DNA from: Spirochaetia bacterium
GTDB lineage: Bacteria; Spirochaetota; Spirochaetia; CAKZLE01
Assembly: GCA_963677595.1 (NCBI GenBank)
Contig: OY782041.1
Location: forward strand, 480,001-544,000
Length of the DNA: 64,000 nt
Direction: 5' to 3'
The notes under the pieces were generated by a model. It was not told the DNA's origin. It worked only from the letters and a program-made list of their open reading frames with translations, and did not search any database. This document shows positions 9,299 to 18,392 of this stretch, piece after piece. The position numbers and the translations under genes are program-made. Position 1 is the stretch's first letter, and each line of letters opens with the position of its first letter.

Positions 9299-11214
9299 CA
9301 CTCACCTCCTTCCTCGCCGCTTGTCGGCATCCAGTTGGCGGGGTTATAGGTCTCCGGGTCACCCAGGACTAACTCAAGCTCCGCGTAGATGTCTGAGGAG
9401 AGGTCCACCAGGTCGAACAGATAGGGGACCTTCTCCATGGCTGCATAATCGGCCATGAGCTTGTTCGTCGGGGTCGGCACTTCACCGAAAGCCCAAGGAA
9501 TCTTCACGAATCCTGCATAGTTCATGTAGCCTGCCATGGCATTCCACATGTCATATTCGTCATAGTAGCCGCCACGGGTGATCAGGTCATACTGCAGGCC
9601 GTCGGGGAACTCGTTCCCGGCCACCCCGTCGACATCCTCGTCCGCATAGCTGTAGGGAATGGCATCAGCGACGTACTTCAGGGTGATCCTCATGAACTCA
9701 TCAGCCGTTCCCTCATCGACTGCCTCGATGGTTATCGCATCGGTCGCATTGATGAAATCGGTGAACGGGTCGATGGTGATCATACCGATCGGGTCATCAG
9801 GATCCACCTTGGCCGCATAGTCTATCACGAAGCCGATCATGGACATGACGGTCATCTTCAGCCCATCAGCGTTCAGGGCGCCCTGCGGGGTGAGGTATTT
9901 GCTCCCGAGGCCTACGAGTTCCTGCTCCCCATCAGGATCGAGCGGGTCGACAGGCTCGATGCTCAAGGTCGAGAGGAATGCCCTCCCGGCATCTGCCATT
10001 GAATCAAAGGTGTCTACCGTCACATCGAAGGTCTCGAAGTTGAGCTTCTCAGCCATGGTGTCTATGATATCCTGGACCGGGTTGGATTCGCTGCCCCCTG
10101 CTGCCTCAACATCCTCGAAGGGGTTGGGGATGTAAGCCCCGAAGGTTGCGTAGACCTGGTCTACCAGCTCGCCTGCATTGGAGATCGAGTCGGTGCCGTA
10201 ACCGAGATACCGGTCAATGAATACCAGAAGTTCCTCAAGCGTGACGCCCGGGAGGGTGTCAGTAGCAGGGATCATGTACTGGTCAAGGTCATCGGTGAAT
10301 ACATTAGCAGGATTCTGCAGTTCCACCAAGTCGATGATCGAGGACCTGTTCTCATCATTACCAGTCCCGTCAAGCTCGATACCCGGCAATGATGCGGTGT
10401 CAGTATACGGATAGAACTTCACATTCTGTTCAGCCGTATCGGATGCGATATCGCGGGTGTACATGACATAGTACTGGTCAGCTCCTAAGGCAGTATGCCC
10501 CTGGAAGACCAGCTGGATCTTCGATGCCAGGTTCGAGAGCGTCACCGTATCTGTGCTGTCAGAGTCATTGAATATGATCGTCCTCTCGGCAAGCGACCGT
10601 GACCGGAACGTACCCATCTCTCCGAGCATGGAGAGCAGGATATCTGAGGTATCCTCGACGAGGACCCCTGCGTTGTCATCGGCAGCCATCCTGACAGCAA
10701 CTGATGCCGTAGCGGCATCCTGCAGGACCTCTCTCAGGGCCTGTACCTCTTCAGCCGGCACATCGGCCTCCATCGCATCATCAACGATCTCTTTGAAGGT
10801 CTTGGTCGCGAGGGCCGCTACCTGGTCTTCATCATCGAGGTCGATATCGAGGGCTTCGAGTACACCGTCGACGATCTTGTCCAGGTTCTCGGCGACCTGG
10901 TCCAGGTCCCCTCCGCCTGCCTCGAAATCATCGAGTGTGTCATTGTCGGCCATCTCATCGATCAGGTCAAGGTAATCGGTCAACCCTTCATCGACAACCA
11001 CTGGGCCGGCACCCCCATCTCCGCTCACTACCGTGAAGCCTGTCAGGTCGATATTCCCCTCTCCGTCATCGGGGACGTCCCCCAATGCATCCTCCAGGTC
11101 ATTCTCAGAGAAGACAGGAAGCTTCTCGAAGCTAGAGAATATGTTTATGTCGCAGCTGGAGAATGCGAAAAGCAGCCCTATGAGTAAAAGGGCCAGAAAC
11201 ATGCTTTTTCTCAT
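9298..11214 (-). CDS. Large, highly acidic lipoprotein of unknown function
   Basis: MRKSMFLALLLIGLLFAFSSC lipobox; very D/E-rich; SD GGAGGG. Confidence 0.75.
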   Translation of the reverse strand: MRKSMFLALLLIGLLFAFSSCDINIFSSFEKLPVFSENDLEDALGDVPDDGEGNIDLTGFTVVSGDGGAGPVVVDEGLTDYLDLIDEMADNDTLDDFEAGGGDLDQVAENLDKIVDGVLEALDIDLDDEDQVAALATKTFKEIVDDAMEADVPAEEVQALREVLQDAATASVAVRMAADDNAGVLVEDTSDILLSMLGEMGTFRSRSLAERTIIFNDSDSTDTVTLSNLASKIQLVFQGHTALGADQYYVMYTRDIASDTAEQNVKFYPYTDTASLPGIELDGTGNDENRSSIIDLVELQNPANVFTDDLDQYMIPATDTLPGVTLEELLVFIDRYLGYGTDSISNAGELVDQVYATFGAYIPNPFEDVEAAGGSESNPVQDIIDTMAEKLNFETFDVTVDTFDSMADAGRAFLSTLSIEPVDPLDPDGEQELVGLGSKYLTPQGALNADGLKMTVMSMIGFVIDYAAKVDPDDPIGMITIDPFTDFINATDAITIEAVDEGTADEFMRITLKYVADAIPYSYADEDVDGVAGNEFPDGLQYDLITRGGYYDEYDMWNAMAGYMNYAGFVKIPWAFGEVPTPTNKLMADYAAMEKVPYLFDLVDLSSDIYAELELVLGDPETYNPANWMPTSGEEGGE

Positions 11215-11380
11215 AATTCCCTCCATTCAGGATTTGTTCGTGTTCATTTCCAAGCGAAAGCAGTCTGTATCTGTATGTATTATAACCAATGGGAATAGGG
11301 ATTGTTACTGTAAAACAGGAAGATAATTTAGATAATGGCAAAATTTAACCTATTACTAAGCAAATACTTAGCAACTGATC

Positions 11381-11409
11381 ATAAAAATAGCCGCCCGGTA
11401 GGGGCGGCT
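11381..11409 (-). terminator. Rho-independent terminator after barrel paralog 2
   Basis: AGCCGCCC-loop-GGGCGGCT followed by ATTTTTAT on the minus strand. Confidence 0.8.
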
Positions 11410-11435
11410 TGATCATCATTCTTGTGAATCTCTTA

Positions 11436-12677
11436 TCAGATCTTGACCTTGGCGCTGATCATGAGCTCTTCTGAGAGATCCTCATAGGTCATCCTGCTCT
11501 TTACGGCCTCGTCGACATAGTCGCCGAAGTAGGTAGCATTGACTTCGACAAGCAGCAGGTTGATCCCCGCACCTGCGGTGATCCTGCCCTTGTTGAGCCC
11601 GCCCCGGACCTTGGCGATGCCAAGCAGCGAGACCTCTGCACCGAGCTGCAGCTGTTCGATCAGGGTAGGCTCTTCGATGACAATGGACTTATCCGCGGCC
11701 AGGAGGGTGTCTAGGTCCAGCTCATAGTCTGCTGCGAGCCTGAGCCCCATCATGTGCCCCCTCGGGGTCTCATAGCCCAGCCCGACCTTCGCAGTCATCG
11801 GGAAGGTCAGGACGCTCCCGTTCGCAACCAGGTACTCGTAGAGTCCATCAGGCTCAAGAGTCTCCATCATATCCCCGATATTCTCAGCGGTATCTCCAAT
11901 CCAATACAGGTCCATATCGCCGATGTTCTCGACGGAGATGCCTGCAGAGAGCCCCCCAGGCAGGTCCAGGATCGCTCCTGCGTCGAACCCATAGCCCGCT
12001 GCGAGTTCAGCATCGGATTGCGAGAGGGTATCGTTAATCAATGCATACTTAAGATCAGTCTCCTGGAAGGTGCCCATGGCAAGGCCCTTCAGGTTAGCCC
12101 CGATACTCAGTGAGGCAGGTCCCATGTCGAACTTATGTGATAACCCGAGTACTGCCTCACTCTTCAGGATACCCTCGAATTTGATAGAATCCATATCATA
12201 AGCCTGAGAATAGATGTTGTACTCCGTGATGATCCCTGCACCGAGACCGAAGGCGCTCAGCCCGGCACCGACGTTACCGCCGATCGTGATCCCGTCCTGG
12301 ATCCCGAGTTTTGACAGGTCAGCGAAGAAGGCATCCTCATCCCCGTTGTACCAGACATCATAATGATCGATGATATCATCGAAGTCATAAACCGTATCAG
12401 GGTCCAGACTCTCCATCGGTGCGAATACCGTTGGATCCGGGATGAGGTCAGCATAGAAGTTGAGTGATGTGAACACCAGTTCCCCACCCCTCCTGCTGAA
12501 GCCTGCAGGATTGTTGAACAGGGCTTCGAACCCATTGGAGATTGCCGTCGAGGCGCCGCCCATGGCTTCTACCTCAGTGAACATGAACTTTTCCAGCGTA
12601 TCAAGAGTTGCTGAACCTGCGAAGACCGGTGTTACGATCAGCAGGCACACTATCATCATAATCATGAACTTTTTCAT
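11436..12677 (-). CDS. Putative outer-membrane beta-barrel (TraF/FadL/PorV-like), paralog 2
   Basis: Signal peptide MKKFMI...VFA; VEAMGG...ALFNNPAGF; clearly homologous to 8069-9298. Confidence 0.7.
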   Translation of the reverse strand: MKKFMIMMIVCLLIVTPVFAGSATLDTLEKFMFTEVEAMGGASTAISNGFEALFNNPAGFSRRGGELVFTSLNFYADLIPDPTVFAPMESLDPDTVYDFDDIIDHYDVWYNGDEDAFFADLSKLGIQDGITIGGNVGAGLSAFGLGAGIITEYNIYSQAYDMDSIKFEGILKSEAVLGLSHKFDMGPASLSIGANLKGLAMGTFQETDLKYALINDTLSQSDAELAAGYGFDAGAILDLPGGLSAGISVENIGDMDLYWIGDTAENIGDMMETLEPDGLYEYLVANGSVLTFPMTAKVGLGYETPRGHMMGLRLAADYELDLDTLLAADKSIVIEEPTLIEQLQLGAEVSLLGIAKVRGGLNKGRITAGAGINLLLVEVNATYFGDYVDEAVKSRMTYEDLSEELMISAKVKI

Positions 12678-12819
12678 CTCGTTTCCTCTCAATTGTGTGT
12701 TGTGTATAGAGTGTCAGTGCAAAGCAGTCTATCCTGTAGCAAGAATATCTGTTTGCTATACAAACCGCAAAGCAGTAAGATAGTTACAGGTTCTACTCGA
12801 AGATAGCACTACAATGTAC

Positions 12820-13396
12820 CTATAACACCATATTAGGAGAGTCAGGAATGCTTGTCAAATGGTTTTTCCGGAGGTTCTTCCCTTTAACAGAAATCACGCA
12901 ATTCAAAGATATCCTTGCCGTGCAGCCGCATGCGGACGATCTTGACATCGCGCTCGGCGGCACGATCGCCATGCTCGCAGAGAGGGGGGCGAGGATCACC
13001 TGCGTAACGGTCACCGATGATATCGGACAAGGTCCTGAGGGCACGCAGAGTATACGTCGCAAGGAGCAGGAGGAGGCAGGGAAGATATCGGGAGTGAGTG
13101 ACTTCATCTGGCTTGGGTACCCCGATGCGGGGTACTGGGACGAGGAGGCCTTGCGGAGGGATCTCATGAGGATCATGAACAGGGTGAAGCCGGACCTCAT
13201 CCTCTACCCTGACCCCACCCTCACCTTCGAGGCCCATCCAGACCACCTGAAGACCGGGAGGGCAGCCGCCGCAGCCGCCCTGCTCTTTCCCTATTTCTCG
13301 TCCGACGGAGCGGCTGCCGTCCCCCCGCCTGCCGGGGAGAGTACCATGGACTCAAGGGTGACCGTCGGCATGTACTTCTCCGACAAGCCGAACACC
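12820..13396. repeat. 577-bp direct repeat, left copy (long target-site duplication of the IS)
   Basis: Matches 15555-16131 at a constant offset of 2735; ORFs in three frames translate identically over the repeat. Confidence 0.95.
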
Positions 13397-13486
13397 CCGG
13401 TCTTTTTACCAGAATTAGCGAGTATGCCCATTTTCCCCATTTCAGCCCTGTCTAGGGCTATTTTTTTGGCCATTACGAATTTTTAA
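12848..13486 (+). pseudogene. Truncated duplicate of the PIG-L deacetylase (183 codons) fused to 29 IS-derived codons
   Basis: Identical to 15583-16344 up to DKPNT, then reads into the IS left end. Confidence 0.9.
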
Positions 13487-13516
13487 AGAAATATTACTGT
13501 GCTACGTTGTACCACG

Positions 13517-13545
13517 TTGCGCCACGCTACCAAATGTGTTACACT
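13517..13545 (+). promoter_or_regulatory. Transposase promoter candidate
   Basis: TTGCGC-17 bp-TACACT with TGn extension; SD AGGAGG 6 nt before the ATG at 13567. Confidence 0.6.
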
Positions 13546-13566
13546 ATATTACACAGGAGGTAGCCC

Positions 13567-15459
13567 ATGTATGTCTCCGTTATCCCAGAACACGCAACCG
13601 GCAAGCATCTGATGCAGTACGTCACAAGTACCCGCAAAGGGAAAAAGACTAAGAAAACCACGGAGGAAACCATCGGCTATGTCGAGGACTTCCTTGATCG
13701 CTATGATGACCCGGTCGCTCACTTCAAAGCAGAGGCCAAGCGGATCACAGCAGAGCGGAAAGCTCAGCAGAAGACTATAGGGGTTGAACTCCAACCCGAT
13801 GCACGGCTTCCCTTCGATCCGGATACCCACAGCTTCTCCCGTGAATTCAACATCGGCCATGCGGCGATCAGTCAGGTATTCCACACCCTTGACCTCCACA
13901 CCTTCTTTGATCGGCGCCGGATAAAGCTTGATGTGCAGTTCAATCTGACCGCTGTCATGAAACTCCTCATCTATGAGCGTATTCTGGCTCCTGCCTCCAA
14001 ACGCGCTACCTGGAAGTCTCGAAGGCGATACTTTGACAAGATGGACTTCAATCTCAATGCGGTATACCAGACCCTTTCTCACATCAACCCCTGGACTGAT
14101 GACCTGATCGCTCACCTGCATGCGAAGATGGTAGAACTCTATGACCGGGATACCACCCTCATGTACTATGATGTGACCAACTACTACTTTGAGATCGACG
14201 AAGCTGATGATTTTCGCATAAGGGGAATCTGCAAGGAGCACCGTCCGTTACCGATCGTGCAGATGGGGCTGTTCATGGATGAACAGGGCTTCCCGGTGTC
14301 CTTTGACTTGTTTCCCGGTAATGTCAATGACTGCCTGACCTTTGAAGCAATGAGCGAGCATGCCAGAACCCTGTTTGAGGCCAAGCATCTGATCTTCGTA
14401 GCTGACAAGGCCATGCTCACGGGGAACAACATCGCAGATGTGATCCTCCATCATAACGGGTATGTCTTCAGCAAGTCGGTACGGGGCGGGACGAAAAAAC
14501 TCAAGCAGGCGGTCAGGGATCCTCATGGCTATCTGCGGTTTGCGGAAGACGGGAAGCTCATTGCGCCTGGTGACAACGAGACGGCAGTCTGGTCCAAGTA
14601 CAAGATCCTTGATGAGCAGAAACCCACCTATGTGACGAACACGGACGGCAAGCGGGTAGCCTCCTCAGGTGTTGGCCACTACCAGATCATCTATTGGTCA
14701 CGTGCGTATGACAAACGAGCCAAAGCGCAGCGGCTGGAAGCGGTAGAGCATGCGCTTGATGCATCATCACGGCAGAGTAAGGAAGTCATCGACAGTAACT
14801 ACGGGAAGAACAAGTATCTGATGACCATGGTCTATGATCCCCAGACCAAGAAGTATACCGACAACTATAAGGCCAAGACGGAGTTTGATGCTGCCAAGCT
14901 TGAAGAAGATGAGTCGTTTGACGGATTCTATGTCATTGAGACCAATGTGACGGGGCTCAGACCGTTTGTCGATGCCAGGGGACATGAGACCGGTGAACTC
15001 GAGCCTGCGTTTGCCACACCTCACCGCTGGCTCAAAGAAGAGGGCATGCTGCAGCTCAACCGGCCGATTGGCCCTCTGGATATTATTACGATGTACCATG
15101 GGCTGTGGAAGATCGAACAGTCCTTCAGGGTCACCAAGAGTGAGTTGGATGCCCGTCCGGTCTTTCTGTCTTTAGAGGATCGAATTCATTCCCACTTCCT
15201 TACCTGCTTCATCGCTCTGCTCATCCTGCGTATCCTGGAGCATGAACTCGATCATGAATTCTCAACAGAGCAGATAGGGACTTCCCTGAATCAGGCGAAT
15301 GTCGCAGAGATCACTGGGGCAACGTACATGACTTTGCAGTACGATGAAGTCCAAAAGGCTTTGAAGGAAAAGATGGGAATCCCGTTCGGCATGAATGTAT
15401 ACTCGAGAGCTGCGATCAAGAAGATGATCGCTGAGACGAAAAAAAACCGGAAACGGTAG
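13567..15459 (+). CDS. IS1634-family DDE transposase
   Basis: YYDVTNYYFE, KEHRP..IVQMGL, VADKAM, YHGLWKIEQSFRVTKSELDARPVFL, IHSHFLTCFIAL motifs. Confidence 0.92.
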   Translation: MYVSVIPEHATGKHLMQYVTSTRKGKKTKKTTEETIGYVEDFLDRYDDPVAHFKAEAKRITAERKAQQKTIGVELQPDARLPFDPDTHSFSREFNIGHAAISQVFHTLDLHTFFDRRRIKLDVQFNLTAVMKLLIYERILAPASKRATWKSRRRYFDKMDFNLNAVYQTLSHINPWTDDLIAHLHAKMVELYDRDTTLMYYDVTNYYFEIDEADDFRIRGICKEHRPLPIVQMGLFMDEQGFPVSFDLFPGNVNDCLTFEAMSEHARTLFEAKHLIFVADKAMLTGNNIADVILHHNGYVFSKSVRGGTKKLKQAVRDPHGYLRFAEDGKLIAPGDNETAVWSKYKILDEQKPTYVTNTDGKRVASSGVGHYQIIYWSRAYDKRAKAQRLEAVEHALDASSRQSKEVIDSNYGKNKYLMTMVYDPQTKKYTDNYKAKTEFDAAKLEEDESFDGFYVIETNVTGLRPFVDARGHETGELEPAFATPHRWLKEEGMLQLNRPIGPLDIITMYHGLWKIEQSFRVTKSELDARPVFLSLEDRIHSHFLTCFIALLILRILEHELDHEFSTEQIGTSLNQANVAEITGATYMTLQYDEVQKALKEKMGIPFGMNVYSRAAIKKMIAETKKNRKR

Positions 15460-15554
15460 GGACGTACTACAAGTTTTTTTAGCCAGGTGCTGACCTATTG
15501 TGTTGTATTGCAATAGGTTAGCGCCGTCATTTCCTAAATTGGTAAAAACACAGG

Positions 15555-16131
15555 CTATAACACCATATTAGGAGAGTCAGGAATGCTTGTCAAATGGTTT
15601 TTCCGGAGGTTCTTCCCTTTAACAGAAATCACGCAATTCAAAGATATCCTTGCCGTGCAGCCGCATGCGGACGATCTTGACATCGCGCTCGGCGGCACGA
15701 TCGCCATGCTCGCAGAGAGGGGGGCGAGGATCACCTGCGTAACGGTCACCGATGATATCGGACAAGGTCCTGAGGGCACGCAGAGTATACGTCGCAAGGA
15801 GCAGGAGGAGGCAGGGAAGATATCGGGAGTGAGTGACTTCATCTGGCTTGGGTACCCCGATGCGGGGTACTGGGACGAGGAGGCCTTGCGGAGGGATCTC
15901 ATGAGGATCATGAACAGGGTGAAGCCGGACCTCATCCTCTACCCTGACCCCACCCTCACCTTCGAGGCCCATCCAGACCACCTGAAGACCGGGAGGGCAG
16001 CCGCCGCAGCCGCCCTGCTCTTTCCCTATTTCTCGTCCGACGGAGCGGCTGCCGTCCCCCCGCCTGCCGGGGAGAGTACCATGGACTCAAGGGTGACCGT
16101 CGGCATGTACTTCTCCGACAAGCCGAACACC
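15555..16131. repeat. 577-bp direct repeat, right copy
   Basis: Matches 12820-13396. Confidence 0.95.
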
Positions 16132-16344
16132 TTCATCCGCTGCGGGAAGTACCGGGGGCAGAAATACCGCGCGATCGCGAAGCATTCCTCACAATTTGAT
16201 GAAAAAGGATTCAAATCCCTCAGGTTGTATGATACCTTTCATGGTAGGTACACCGGTCTTTTTCGGGGTTCGCCATATGTGGAAGGGATAAAAGTCCTGC
16301 CGGCGACCCTGCTGCACTGTATACCTGAAGCGAGTAGGTATTAA
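15583..16344 (+). CDS. PIG-L/LmbE family deacetylase (intact copy)
   Basis: PHADD and HPDH metal-binding motifs, HSSQF near the C-terminus. Confidence 0.88.
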   Translation: MLVKWFFRRFFPLTEITQFKDILAVQPHADDLDIALGGTIAMLAERGARITCVTVTDDIGQGPEGTQSIRRKEQEEAGKISGVSDFIWLGYPDAGYWDEEALRRDLMRIMNRVKPDLILYPDPTLTFEAHPDHLKTGRAAAAAALLFPYFSSDGAAAVPPPAGESTMDSRVTVGMYFSDKPNTFIRCGKYRGQKYRAIAKHSSQFDEKGFKSLRLYDTFHGRYTGLFRGSPYVEGIKVLPATLLHCIPEASRY

Positions 16345-16373
16345 TAAAGTCTGATCATAAAAACTGGAGTGTT

Positions 16374-17006
16374 ATGAGCCCGCAGGTTACTTGGCTTGGC
16401 CATGCATCATTCAAGATATCCGGATCGAAGACCATCTATATCGATCCATGGCGGATCGAAGGATCCCCGCAGGATGCCGACATAATCCTCATTAGCCATA
16501 ACCATTATGACCACTTCTCCGTCTTCGACATCGAGCGGGTCGAGCACAAGAGGACCATCCTCTTCGGGCCGCTCTCCGTCATCGAGGAACTTCACCGGGG
16601 GAATCCCTTCAAGCCGTGGGACCGTGCCGCCGGGGGGAATACCGAGATCCTCGGGACCCCTGCGTACAACCCCAGGAGCCCCTTTCACCCGAAGGCCAAG
16701 CAGTGGCTCGGATTCGTCATCTCCATGGACGGGAAGATCATCTACTTCTCAGGTGATACCGACCTGGTCCCGGAGATGGCTGACCTCCCCGGGGGGATCG
16801 ACATCATGCTGGTGCCGGTCAGCGGGATCCATGCCATGAACCCGAAGCTGGCGATCAAAGTCTGCGACCTCATCAAGCCGAAATACGTCATCCCCTACCA
16901 GTGGGGTGATACCATTGGCACCATCGAGGATGTTGACTACTTCTGCGAGTATGTGACATCGAGCAAGGCGATCAAACTGCTGCCCGGCAACTCGTTCAAC
17001 CCATGA
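16374..17006 (+). CDS. Metallo-beta-lactamase-fold hydrolase (UPF0173/UlaG-like)
   Basis: WLGHASF, SHNHYDH, YFSGDT motifs. Confidence 0.88.
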   Translation: MSPQVTWLGHASFKISGSKTIYIDPWRIEGSPQDADIILISHNHYDHFSVFDIERVEHKRTILFGPLSVIEELHRGNPFKPWDRAAGGNTEILGTPAYNPRSPFHPKAKQWLGFVISMDGKIIYFSGDTDLVPEMADLPGGIDIMLVPVSGIHAMNPKLAIKVCDLIKPKYVIPYQWGDTIGTIEDVDYFCEYVTSSKAIKLLPGNSFNP

Positions 17007-17087
17007 GAGAAAGGAGGACACACCTGCGGTGTACGGTTCAGACCACGTCACTTTACAGGCTTCACGGCAGGTGGTAGCATACAGGTA

Positions 17088-18380
17088 ATGAAGACACTCA
17101 TACGCAATGCGACTATCATCCCGATGGCAGGGAGAGACGCTCACAGCCTTTCCGGCAGTATCGGGATCACTGACAGCCTCATCTCCTTCGTCGGGGATGC
17201 CCCTGATGATTTCAGACCCGACACCACCATCGACGGGACCGGCTATATCGTCATGCCGGGCCTCGTCAACGCCCATAACCACCTGAGCATGACGCTCCTG
17301 CGCAACTATGCCGATGACATGGATCTGTTCACCTGGCTCAACGAGAAGATCTGGCCGGTGGAAGCGAAGCTCACCAAAGACGACATCTACTGGGGCTCCA
17401 TGCTGGGAGCCGCTGAACAGATACGCAGCGGCATCACCTCCTTCGCCGACATGTACTTCCACCAGGAGGAGACCGTCAAGGCGATCGCTGCCGCGGGGAT
17501 CCGTGGAAGCATCAGTGCGACCTTCTTCGGCGACCGAGATGATACCGATTCCAGGATCTCTGAGACGATCTCCCTCCATGAACGGTACCACGACAGCAGT
17601 GACGGCAGGATCTCCATCGACATCGCCCCCCATGCCATATACACCTGTACAGACTATACCCTGCGCAAGAGCGCCGAGATCGCAACCCAACTCGGGTGCA
17701 GGATCCATACCCATATCTCCGAGAGCCGCAAGGAGCACGAGGAGTGTATCGCCAGCCACGGCATGACGCCCCTTGCCTACCTGGAAACGATGGGCCTCCT
17801 CGAGCTTCCTGTCTATGCCGCCCATGCAGTCTACCTGGACGATGATGACATCGCCCTGGCAAAGAAGCATAAAGTATCGCTGGTCCACAACCCCACGAGC
17901 AACCTGAAGCTCGGCAACGGGTTCGCACCGGTCGAGAAGTTCCTCGATGCCGGCCTCACCGTGGCACTGGGGACTGACGGAGCCTCGAGCAACAACAACC
18001 TCAACCTCTTCGAGGAGATGCATATCACCTCCTTGATCCATAAGGGATTCTCCGGGGACCCGACCATGCTCAGCGCCTATGAGGTCCTGAGGATGGCCAC
18101 GATCAACGGGGCCCGTGCCCTCGGCATCGACGGACGTACCGGTTCGATCGAACCGGGCAAGGAGGCGGATCTCATCCTGATCGACACACGGGTACCGCAC
18201 CTGCAGCCGGTAGGAGACCCGGTATCAGCTGTCGTATACAGTGCCCAGGCCTCTGACGTGGATACGGTCTTCTGCCAGGGAAGGATGCTGATGCAGGGGA
18301 GGAAGCTGATGACCCTTGATGAGGAGGAGATCATCACCAATGCCGCAGCTGCCGCTGCGAGACTGACACGGACACCATAG
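17088..18380 (+). CDS. mtaD: 5'-methylthioadenosine/S-adenosylhomocysteine deaminase (amidohydrolase)
   Basis: PGLVNAHNH, HISE, LGTDGASSNN motifs; adjacent to mtnA. Confidence 0.82.
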   Translation: MKTLIRNATIIPMAGRDAHSLSGSIGITDSLISFVGDAPDDFRPDTTIDGTGYIVMPGLVNAHNHLSMTLLRNYADDMDLFTWLNEKIWPVEAKLTKDDIYWGSMLGAAEQIRSGITSFADMYFHQEETVKAIAAAGIRGSISATFFGDRDDTDSRISETISLHERYHDSSDGRISIDIAPHAIYTCTDYTLRKSAEIATQLGCRIHTHISESRKEHEECIASHGMTPLAYLETMGLLELPVYAAHAVYLDDDDIALAKKHKVSLVHNPTSNLKLGNGFAPVEKFLDAGLTVALGTDGASSNNNLNLFEEMHITSLIHKGFSGDPTMLSAYEVLRMATINGARALGIDGRTGSIEPGKEADLILIDTRVPHLQPVGDPVSAVVYSAQASDVDTVFCQGRMLMQGRKLMTLDEEEIITNAAAAAARLTRTP

Positions 18381-18392
18381 GAGAAGGTACCG

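Larger units (their letters stand above)
13397..15554 (+). mobile_element. IS1634-family insertion sequence, 2158 bp
   Basis: Imperfect terminal IRs CCGGTCTTTTTACCA / CCTGTGTTTTTACCA (reverse complement of the right end; 13/15 match); single DDE transposase; ends coincide exactly with the 577-bp direct repeats. Confidence 0.92.

Noticed and set aside
15439-15446. A8 run at the transposase 3' end as a recoding site
   Set aside because: Only a few codons before the stop, with no substantial alternative frame inside the IS
12820-16131. Composite transposon or LTR-like element
   Set aside because: The repeats are host gene sequence that continues seamlessly into the intact gene, and the IRs lie inside them
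17007-17087. Canonical SAM-I or SAH riboswitch before mtaD
   Set aside because: Core consensus elements are not recognisable; kept only as an unclassified structured leader
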